Source: Octopus vulgaris (taxonomy: Eukaryota). From it: a DNA stretch of 64,000 bases. The DNA lies in contig OX597815.1 in assembly GCA_951406725.2 (NCBI GenBank), positions 39,246,001 to 39,310,000 of the forward strand, in the 5' to 3' direction. Below are positions 14,395 to 24,358 of this stretch, one piece after another (position 1 is the first letter of the stretch; every line of letters starts with the position of its first letter). Under the pieces are notes generated by a model that worked only from the letters and a program-made list of their open reading frames with translations, was not told the origin of the DNA and searched no databases. The position numbers and the translations under genes are program-made.

Positions 14395-14753
14395 TTTTCT
14401 ATAGTTGGATATCTTTCTTGATACCAACCCTCACCTGTTTCCAAGCAAGGTAGTATTTCTCCATGGCCGATCTGGACACGTTTTCATGGACGGTAGGAAA
14501 CAAACGACGTTATTTGTATGCTGGTGGCGCTTGTTTACAACATAACGCAATGTCAAGATAAGTGGGTGGTGAACATATACACATGTACAACAAGTGTCTT
14601 TCAATTTCTGTCTATCAAATACATTTTCAAGACTTTGGTTGGCACAAGAGAATGGTAGAAGACACTTGCCTGTGGTGCTGTTCGCTAGAACTAAACACAA
14701 AACTCATGGTTTGGAAGTCAAACTTCTTAACCCCAGAGCCTTGTCTGTGCCTG
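14395..14753 (-). mobile_element. Old SINE with family-A head, distinct body and RTE-like tail
   Basis: A-like head followed by gaaatactaccttgcttggaaacaggtgagggttgg; the body recurs at ~4830-5045, 25660-26045, 26080-26250, 27400-27625 and 56550-56835. Confidence 0.65.
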
Positions 14754-14841
14754 TTATAAATAATTGAATCAGCATTGTCAAGAAACTAAAATAATATTTC
14801 TTGTCTGTTAGACCTAATATCTCACTAAGTTCAGCACTACC

Positions 14842-15076
14842 TATTTCTTTACTACCCACATGGAGCTAAACACAGAGGGGACAAACAAGGACAGACAAAC
14901 GGATTAAGTCGATTACATCGACCCCAGTGCGTAACTGGTACTTAATTTATCGACCCCGAAAGGATGAAAGGCAAAGTCGACCTCGGCGGAATTTGAACTC
15001 AGAACGTAGCGACGGGCGAAATACCGCAAAGCATTTCGCCCGGCGTGCTAACATCTCTGCCAGCTCACCGCCTTTC
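14842..15076 (-). mobile_element. tRNA-derived SINE family B, young copy with 15-bp TSD
   Basis: Head ggcggtgagctggcagag...gagttcaaattcc, body gtcgactttgcctttcatcctttcggggtcgataaattaagtaccag; flanked by aagttcagcactacc at 14827..14841 and 15077..15091. Confidence 0.9.
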
Positions 15077-15472
15077 AAGTTCAGCACTACCACTGGGCCA
15101 TTTTGTGCCTTTAACAAATTCCATTCTGTTGCAAGCACCCAGATTAAGCTCACTGACTTGAAAATAACTGCTTATTGTAATGCATTGCATCCAAGTGAAG
15201 TTTTGGTTTTCTCTTCTCTTTACTCTCATCAGTCTCAGCAACCTTGCAAGAGTCATGGATGTTGCTATTCTTAAAAGTATTGTAGTGGTAAAAGTATAAG
15301 ACACTCTAGACCTGAACTAGGAGTATAAGAATAGAAATAAAGAATCAGGTATAACCTGCAGTTTAGGTATGACACAGTAATAATGCAATATAATATTAAT
15401 AAATACATCTTTTACACTTTTCAATGCATGGGAAAGTCTTTTTGAAAAATATGTACATTTACATCTTTGAAC

Positions 15473-15550
15473 AATTGTTCCAACTATAGGTTATTCTTAC
15501 TATTGCTAATTGTTCCAACTATAGGTTATTCTTACTATTGCTAATTGTTC
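15473..15550 (+). repeat. 35-bp perfect tandem duplication (2.2 units)
   Basis: aattgttccaactataggttattcttactattgct x2 + aattgttc. Confidence 0.95.
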
Positions 15551-16258
15551 ATCCACAAAGTAGGGACTATAACTTTTTTGTTTTAACCAGAAAGACTGAA
15601 GCAAGCAGAGTTATGTACCTTGCTCAACAAAAACTGCTGTATCTTAATATCGAACCATAACCATATAGTGCAACAATGTTATTGCTATGTCTCAAAGGTT
15701 CCAGGAAATTATAGCTTTGAGATATTGGAAGTGAGTGTGATACATTGAGAAATGGTGAGTTCAGAGCAGTTATTTTATTAGGAGATAGAACATACTGGAG
15801 CATGTTTCTAAAATGTCTCGGAGTGTAGGAATATCACTGAAATATTTATCATCTTGTAATGTATCTAGTGCAACTTAGTTTGATGAATCTCGTGTTCTCC
15901 AAGCTATACCTATGGAGGAAGTTGAACTCACTAACCCACCACCTGTCAGTTTAGCAACAATTTTGCTGTTTATATTATCAAGCTCAGCTGTTCCCTCTTT
16001 CTGGCACAGTTCATCTTGAGAAACTGACTATTGAAAGTTAGTTGATTGACTTAACCATGCTCCCAGCATAGAATTTAGAATTAACTAATCATTCCAGGAA
16101 ACTATAGCTTTAAGATATTGGGGTGAGTGTGATATATTGATAGATGATGAATTCAGAGCAGTTATTTTAGGAGGTAGAACACTCTGGAGCATGTTTTCTA
16201 AAGATTGGAATAGATTGTTGTAAAACAATCTTCCCAGTAAAGATAACCTCGCTGAACT

Positions 16259-16317
<59 letters not shown>

Positions 16318-16494
16318 CAACACAAAGGCACAATTTCTCAACTGGTACTTATTTTATTAACCCTAAAAGGATAGATTCACAGAGCTTGAGATTTGGGAGA
16401 AAGCTAAGCCCTGTCAATTACTGGTTTTTTATTTTCATTGATCCTGAATAGATGAACAGGCTAGATATGAATGTAAATAGTTGTAACATATACT

Positions 16495-16802
16495 TTTATT
16501 ATTTATGTGCCCTTTTCAAGCCTAGCCAGGCTGATGGACCCGGTTTCTATGGCGTATATGTTCCCTCCAGCTGGAAGGGCACCAGTCCATCACAGCATTA
16601 CTCAAGAAACAGGAGAAAAGTGTGAGAGAAAGTTGGGGCGAAAGAGTACAACAGGGGTTGCTACCACCCCCTGCCAGAGCCTCGTAGAGCTTTAGGTGTT
16701 TTCATTCAATAAACACAACACAACGCCCAGTCTGGGAATCGAAACTGGGATCCTCCAACCGCGAGTTTGCTGCCCTAACCACTGGGCCATTGTGCCTCCA
16801 CA
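16495..16802 (-). mobile_element. SINE family C, second copy
   Basis: Aligns end-to-end with 14027..14320. Confidence 0.8.
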
Positions 16803-17254
16803 AACACTGCAAAATATTTTATTTGATGCTATAATAATTCTCCAAATCCACCACCCTAATAATCCTTTCAGATTCTGATACAAGGCCAGAAATTTTGATG
16901 GGGTGGGAGCAACTTGCTTACGTTGATTCAAGTACTTGAGTGGTACTTTTTACTATTGATCCCCAAAAGACAAAAAGCAAAGTTAACTTCAGTGGCATTT
17001 GAATTCAGAATGTAAAAAGCCAGAAGGAATACTACTAAGTATTTTGGCCAAAGCATTAAGGATTCTGCCAGCTTTCCAACTTCCTAAAAATAATAACAAC
17101 AATAATAATAATGATAATTTCTAACAACCTAAAAACAGTGAAATTTATCTGTAGTAAATTGGTTACAATACTCAAAACATTTTAATATTTTTATACAATT
17201 TCTAATAATATTTTATTAGGTTGAGGGAAAAGTTTGTGTGCCATATTAAAATGA

Positions 17255-17668
17255 TACTCTTTACTCTTTTACTTGTTTCAGTCATTTGACTGCGGCCATG
17301 CTGGAGCACCGCCTTTTAGTCGAGCAAATCGACCCCAGGACTTATTCATTGTAAGCCCAGTACTTATTTTATCGGTCTCTTTTGCCGAACAGCTAAGTGA
17401 CGGGGACGTAAACACACCAGCATCGGTTGTCAAGCAATGCTAGGGGGACAAACACAGACACACAAACATATACACACACACTTATATATATATATATATA
17501 TACATACATATATACGACGGGCTTCTTTCAGTTTCCGTCTACCAAATCCACTCACAAGGCTTTGGTCGGCCCGAGGCTATAGTAGAAGACACTTGCCCAA
17601 GATGCCACGCAGTGGGACTGAACCCGGAACCATGTGGTTGGTAAGCAAGCTACTTACCACACAGCCAC
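17255..17668 (-). mobile_element. tRNA-derived SINE family A, young copy
   Basis: Head gtggctgtgtggtaag...ggttcagtccc (A/B boxes), CORE-like ttgggcaagtgtctt, internal TA/CA microsatellite and tail gactgaaacaagtaaaagag; nearly identical to other copies in the window. Confidence 0.9.
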
Positions 17669-18558
17669 ATATATTTTTGTGGTGTGTGTGTTCATTCAGT
17701 TCATTATTTTAACATGGTGCACGTACTTTTTCCAAGTATTATAAAAAATATAACCAAAATTTTTAAACATCAAATGGCAAGGAGAGTTCAGCTCAGTAAA
17801 ATAGAAATCAAAGGGGTCCATTGGTATAACAAGGTTGAGAAACACTGTTCTAAGCTAAAAAAAAAAAGTTTACAAAACTGGGTGAGTAACTTAGTTTGAT
17901 TATATCATTCTAATAGTTGGTTGTTACTTCTTTCTTTTAGTTCTATAATGTGGTTAGTTCCCCTCCAACTTGTCTTTCAATTCTTCATTAAAACTATTGA
18001 ACACGATTTATAAATAAAAACAATTGGAAATTCTTGAATTTTATTTTCTTCAATTTTCACTTCTAACATTAGAAATAATTAGGATGATATTTAATTCATT
18101 TTATAATTATTTTATGAATACTAAAATTGCTAATTTTTAATATCAAAATGTTAATTATGTTGTGTTACATGATGACATTTCTGTTAAATAATCCTGAATT
18201 AATTTCTATTAATTAGTATAAATACTATTAGAATGTTTTTAGAACTTCCAAGATTTTAACATTTTTTTTTCTAACGATTTTTGTGTTTCCATTAACGTAA
18301 TGAATCACAAAAAATATCCAGTATAATCAAAACAGTACACATGTCTGTATTGTTATATAAATTTATATGACTGTGTGTGTATTTTAAGAGCATAGGATAT
18401 AATTTTACTACTTAGAGAAAAGCGAAGACAATGACATGAAGAAGGAAATTAAAGTACATTGGCAAAATGAAAACAAAAACTGTGTTTAATTGTTTAATAT
18501 ATAACCTTGGTTTATTTTTAGATTTATTTCTATAATTATTGATTTTATTGTTTGACAG

Positions 18559-18641
18559 AAAATGAAGAATTTAGGGTGCTTGAGATTCCAGGTGTTAACA
18601 TAAAAAAAAAGAAAGGAATGCAGAAAAAAAGAAGAAAAGAG
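18559..18641 (+). CDS. MRPS35: MRPS35 exon 2
   Basis: Acceptor tttgacag; (E)NEEFRVLEIPGVNIKKKKGMQKKRRKE; donor GAG|GTAATC. Phase 1 to phase 0 bridges exons 1 and 3; the basic stretch precedes LPPR as in vertebrate MRPS35. Confidence 0.8.
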
Positions 18642-20788
18642 GTAATCAGTTTTAGCTTTTCATACTGTTCTCTTTCTCTCTCTCTCTCTCTCTCTTATAA
18701 ATGTGATTATATTTGTTGAAAAAATACTTTTTACAGCTGGATGCTATTCATATGTAGTAACCACTCAGCTTTGAATTTGTTGTTTAGCTCTGATTAAGCT
18801 GAAAACTATGCTCTAAAGCACTTCAACTATGACCACCCTCCCTAGAATTACATTAATGAATGTATCTTTTTATTATTATTTTTTAAGTAGGTAGAGGCTC
18901 AGGGAGATTTGGCTGCTATTTCTAACTTGCTGAGCAACTATATTGCTTCCTTCGTGTCTCACAAGTGTCAAGTTAGAATGAGTGCTATTTTCTCACAGCT
19001 AAATTTAAGCATTGTAGAGTTATTCGCCTTGTTTGAGAGAACAAGAAAATTGTTAGGTTAAGATTTTAACATAGGGTCATGGTGGTAAGCATATAGCCAG
19101 TGCAAATATACTTTTAATATGTTAATTTTAATTTTTTTTTACTAAACCCTAATCTCTTAATTGTTTATTAGTGATCTTTATCATATCTAACATATCTCCC
19201 AAATTGTAACATTAGATAATGACCTTCGTGCCCTATTGTAGGTGCTTGATATGATCATATATACTTTCAGCCTCACCAGTGATGCCAATAAGAAAACTTT
19301 TAAGTGACCATTCGACCTGCTAGAAATAGCAGTCAGAATGTTCAAATTGCAACAAACTGAATAATGTCATTTAAGACACACCCCTACAAATATAGGGTGA
19401 CTCATAATATGCCTTGAAACATAAGAGCTGCTCAATCAGTGTCAACTTGGTGCTAAGTACCAACAACAGTCTTGAGGTCATATCCTTTGTCTTCCATGCT
19501 GTTGGTTAAAATTATAGATAGTGTTGTGCTGCAAAGCCAAGTACATGACAATGTTTGATATGGTAATCAGCTTCTGGCTTCTTCGTTGCTAGCAAAACCA
19601 TTTTGTGTATCTTTGTCTTTACTCCTATTTATGAATGGCTTCATATATGAGCAATCATCATCATCGTTTAACGTCCGTTCTCCATGCTAGCATGGGTTGG
19701 ACGGTTCGACCGGGGATCTGGGAAGCCAGAAGGCTGCACCAGGCTCCAGTCTTATCTGGCAATGTTTCTACAGCTGGATGCCCTTCCTAACGCCAACCAC
19801 TCCTTGAGTGTAGTATGCACATATATCCATATCTCTGTAGGTTGTCCTGTACTTGGATGATAAATTTCTGAAACAATTTTTGGCTGTTACACTTCATTGT
19901 ACTTCCATTAGTATTGACTCTCTTCTTGACACACTACTGTGTTTTATTCCCTCTATCTTCTACCAAACTCACAAACTTGTTATTAGAACTGCATTCCTCT
20001 GGAATTCTCTTCCTGCCAACAAACATACTGTGTTTCAAACTTGAAAATTAACTAAACTTTTTACCTGCCTATTCCAGAATGACTATCTTTAACTGTGGAT
20101 TCTTCTTACCCCTTTTCTGATTAATTGGTTAGAAAAAAAAAACAGAAATCTTAGTCACTGTCTTCCGTAACCCATTAGCATTTACTGGCCATATTTAGCC
20201 AAATTATTCTACCTGTTCATTGCTTAAATTGACCAAATATGGCCTCTCACACCAACCCTGCAATATCATTCTAAAAACATTCAGCTACCCCATCAAAATC
20301 TCATAGCTACAAGATAATAATGTGAATAAATAAACATTACATTTGACAGAATAATGTAAATACTGAAGGGTTAAACTTCCTAAGTGCAGTCATTCTTTAA
20401 TATAAGCACCTTTTGTGTTTACTTGTACCATAATTATTACTATTTGTGCAGTGGAATATATTCATGCAGTACTATTCAGTAGTCATCACTCACTACTAGC
20501 AAAAGCAACAGTCTTGTTGATATGATGTAGAGCTACCAGTTCAAAAGTTTAATTAATCCTTTAGCTTTTAAACTGGCCATATCTGGCCCAAATATTCTAC
20601 CTGTTTTATGCTCAAACTGACCAGATCTGGCCTCTCACATTTACCCTACAATGTCATTCTAAAAATATACAATCACGTCATCAAAATTTTGAAGCCATAC
20701 GATAATGCATGATTATTTGAAAACAATGTGAATAAATAAGCATAATCTGAATGTTAAAGAGTTAAATCCACCACATGTGTTGTGTAAT

Positions 20789-21078
20789 GTTAGTTAGTTA
20801 GTTAGTTAATCTTTTGGCTCAAAAGCAAAAAGCAAGGCCATGTAGGGGGACATGGAGTTATGTACAGGGTGGTGTTCATGTAAAGAGTTCAGGCCACTTG
20901 AGGTCAAGGCAGACTTTGAACAAAGCGGTCGTCGGCATCTTCACCATCTTGTCTGGCAGCTTGTTCCACAGATCCGCAACCCGGACAGAGAAAGCTCCTC
21001 TCCTTCGATTGAGATGAAATCGTCGCAGGTAGAGCTTTTCGGAATGACCTCGCAGCCGACGCTCTGGAGCAGGAGTGA
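20789..21078 (-). mobile_element. CR1-group LINE 3' end with (AACT)n tail
   Basis: Minus strand reads PAPERRLRGHSEKLYLRRFHLNRRRGAFSVRVADLWNKLP...FKVCLDLKWPELFT* (stop 20878..20876); tail appears as tagttagttagtt on +. Confidence 0.85.
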
Positions 21079-21990
21079 AGATAATGTGATAATGTATCCA
21101 GTTCTACAATACTTCAGTACATTTGGCACGTAAAAGCACCCACTACACTTTCGGAGTGGTTGGCATTAGGAAGGGCATCCAGCTGTAGAAACTCTGCCAG
21201 ATCAGATTGGAGTCTGGTGCAGCCATATGGTTTGCCAGCCCTCAGTCAAATCGTCCAACCCATGCTAGCATGGAAAGTGGACATTAAACAATGATGATGA
21301 TGATGACAAGTTAGAGGAGAAAGAACAGTGTTCATGAACTTTTTACAGGTCCCCTGAGATTTGAATGTTTGCAACAGACTGATTTATGTTGAAGGTATTG
21401 AATGACATTATAATAGTGTTAAACCAGTTGACTGATTAAGTCTGTTACCAGAGTATCTGGGAATGTTAACAGCAACAGATCAGCATGCTGGTTAACCAGT
21501 AGAAGATATATATCTCACTTTTGCTGAACACAGTGAAACATGAGCTATGCTCTTACACTCTATAGTTTCTTAAGGATGAAGAGGTATCAAGATTTTTGGT
21601 TCTAAAGTCACTCTAAATGATTGAATGTCTAAATCTTGTTAAGCAGTGCTTGAAAAAATATTTACTTCATGTTGATGTGAGAAACAAACTGTTTTGTGAA
21701 TTTAGCATTTTCTTATAAATTGTTGGAGAATGCACTTCAAATATTTGGCTATCTTTACTGTATTAGGCACACATTCATAAATTTGGTATAAAATCTAGCA
21801 AAAGCACTATATTGGCTCATTTTCAAATGATTTTGTGGTTTAAATCTTTATTATAAACAAAACTTTATTCAGTTTGGAGGCATTTTGTATAATTAAATTT
21901 CCTTCTTAAGATTCAAATTTTATAACTTTGTCTTGATTCAAAAGTTAGTTGTTATTGAAAATTAAGCTTTAACAAAAGATGAAACTGTAT

Positions 21991-22032
<42 letters not shown>

Positions 22033-22036
<4 letters not shown>

Positions 22037-22236
22037 GCAGCATGGAAGGTGTTTGTAAGCCATTTAAGAAACACACAAAAGCCATTCGATTCACTTCAAC
22101 ATTTAAGTTTAATTTGTCAAAATATTTTCGTCGCTAAAATCTGCGACCTGTTCACTGACAAAAATCCGTGCTGCAAGTGTTTTCGTTTCAGCACACGATT
22201 TCAGATCAAATCACTTGCTATGCGAGTACATCTCTG

Positions 22237-22240
<4 letters not shown>
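22033..22240 (-). mobile_element. Penelope-like element terminal-repeat fragment between (TA)n tracts
   Basis: ~200-bp CpG-containing insert bracketed by long TA microsatellites and carrying the G3-C8 hammerhead motif; the PLE assignment is inferred from that association. Confidence 0.5.
22113..22162 (-). ncRNA. Minimal type I hammerhead ribozyme motif, G3-C8 variant
   Basis: Minus strand reads UUUGUCA-GUGAACA-G-GUCGC-AGAUUUUA-GCGAC-GAAA-AUAU-U-U-UGACAAA: 7-bp stem I, 5-bp stem II, GAAA and a palindromic AAUAUU stem III. Confidence 0.7.
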
Positions 22241-22299
<59 letters not shown>

Positions 22300-22307
<8 letters not shown>

Positions 22308-22617
22308 TGTGGGTGGAAATAGCACAGAAGTAAATCTAAGACATTTCAATTTAAGTGGGAATTTAATAAAAAAAGTATATAAAGAAAATATTACCAGTTT
22401 TGATGAATCTCATCTTATGAAACATGTTCTTGACCCCCAGAGAGAAGATAAACTGTTTTTACTTCAAATTTTTATAAATTTTTACTGATATTTGATAAGA
22501 TGAGATACATCGAAACTGGTAATATTTTCTTTATATTCTTTTTTATTAAATTCTCTCTTAAATTGAAATGTCTTAGACTTACTTCTGTGCTATTTCCACC
22601 CCCATCTTTTATATATA
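22300..22617. repeat. Long inverted repeat (~125-bp arms), Penelope-like inverted terminal repeats
   Basis: ggtggaaatagcacagaagtaaatctaagacatttcaatttaag...aatattaccagttttgatgaatctcatcttat (22311..22418) mirrors ataagatgagatacatcgaaactggtaatatt...cttaaattgaaatgtcttagacttacttctgtgctatttccacc (22495..22599); flanked by TA tracts. Confidence 0.9.
22487..22526 (+). ncRNA. Minimal type I hammerhead ribozyme motif, U3-A8 variant
   Basis: GAUAU-UUGAUAA-GAUG-AGAUA-CAUC-GAAA-CUGG-U-A-AUAUU: 5-bp stem I (one GU), 4-bp stem II, GAAA and near-palindromic ACUGGU stem III. Confidence 0.6.
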
Positions 22618-22774
22618 AAAATTTTATTTGTATAGGTCTCTAATTATTTTTCAACCTATATATATATATATATATATAGATAGATAGAGATAGAGATATA
22701 TTCTCTCATTTATTTTCTTTAAAAGTGATTATTATTTTTCCCTAACATTTATTTATTTTTTTTTTTTTTTTCAG

Positions 22775-22894
22775 TCTCTTCCTCCTCGTTATCACAAAAT
22801 GAAAATCACAGATGACTGGACAAATGTTTGGCCGACAGCATCAACATTCAAACACTCTGCCGTTCCATTTCCTGTTAGACAGGGTTTCATTGCG
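22775..22894 (+). CDS. MRPS35: MRPS35 exon 3
   Basis: Poly-T + cag acceptor; SLPPRYHKMKITDDWTNVWPTASTFKHSAVPFPVRQGFIA resembles MRPS35 LPPR..KM..DQDW..V.P.A..FK.SAVPLPVR.G; donor GCG|GTAAGC. Confidence 0.95.
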
Positions 22895-23689
22895 GTAAGC
22901 ATTGCATTTTCTTTTGATTTCACTAATTATTATATTATTAATATATAACCTTTAAAATGGCAAATTCCACATTGCAAACCTAATCTACCCTGGAAACAAC
23001 ATGAACTTCTTGAGATTTCATTTACCCTCATCCATATTATTATAGTGATGAGTTAACAGACTCTTTTTTCTGTAAAGCATCAGAAAAAATGCTTTATGGT
23101 ATTTATTCTGATTCTTAACATTCTGAGTTCAAATCCTGCTGGGGTCAAATTTGCCTTTCGTCCCTCCAAGATTGATAAATTAAAACACTAGTCAAGTATC
23201 GCTGGGTGGGTGGGTGGTTGACATAACTGATTTGCCTTCTCCCCTTAAAATTGCTAACCTTGTGATAAAATATGAAATAATTAACCTTTTAACATTTAAA
23301 CTAGCCCAAATATTCTACATGTTTTACATTTAAACTGACCAAATTCGGCCTCATACCTACCATAAAATGTCATTATAAAATTATGATGTCATATCATTGA
23401 AATCTAGAAGCAGAGAGATAATGTATGATTAATTCAAACCAATTTGAAAAAATAAGCATTATGCTCAACAGAATAATCTGAATGCTAAAGAGTTAAGGCA
23501 ACAAACTGGCAGAATTATTATTATGCCAGACATAATGCTGAATGGCATTTCATCTGGCTCATTATGTTCAGTGTCAAATCCTACCAATCCTGCATACTGG
23601 AGTCAATGGTTGCAACTAACACCCTACCACTACAATTACTGGCTTTGTGTCAAAATTAGAAAAAAATTGTTATTATTATTATTCCATCC

Positions 23690-24066
23690 ATTCTTTGCAT
23701 TCAAGGCCCATGTCTCATTACCATGCAGCATTGCATGCCCACTATTCCTGGGTGAGTCATGGAAATAGAGTCTTCAGATGTCTCCTCCATAGGGTCCTAT
23801 CAGAAGCTACCTTCATTACACTTTCTGGCTGGATTCTCAAGCAGGACCAACTGAGACTATGGGTATCTCATTCTTGGCCTACTTCTGGGCTTGTAGTTCA
23901 TTATTGCAACATTCTAGTCATGTGTCAGTCGTATTGGAGCTGTTACCTATCAATGTGGAGGAGTAGTGACTCAGCCTGGACATAATCCCTGATCTCCAAG
24001 CTAAGTGCTTTGTTAAGTAACATTGCTCCAGAGGTCCTTTGGAGGAACCCCATTTCAGCTCCTTGT
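23690..24066 (-). mobile_element. Old RTE-type LINE fragments
   Basis: Minus-strand QGAEMGFLQRTSG...SLEIR....ESLLLHIDR*QL and, separately, AMLHGNETWAL, which are typical RTE C-terminal motifs. Confidence 0.7.
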
Positions 24067-24317
24067 ATTTACAATCATGCTTATTATTAAGGTAGCAAAC
24101 TGATAGAATCATTAGCACACTAGGCAAACTGCTAAATGGCATTTTGTCAGTCTTTACGTCTTGTATTCAAATTCTGCCAAGGTCAACTTTGCCTTTCATC
24201 TTTTTTGGGGTCAATAAAATAAGAACCAGTTGAGCAATGGATTCAACATAATCCCTTCCCCAAAATTGCTTGTCTTGTGCTAAAAATTGAAATTATTATT
24301 ATTATTATTATTATTAT

Positions 24318-24358
<41 letters not shown>

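Noticed and set aside
17437-17712. Recurrent ORF ...RLPNPLTRLWSARGYSRRHLPK... suggesting a gene family
   Set aside because: It is an antisense translation of SINE family A, repeated at 32381, 34066, 45793 and 56923.
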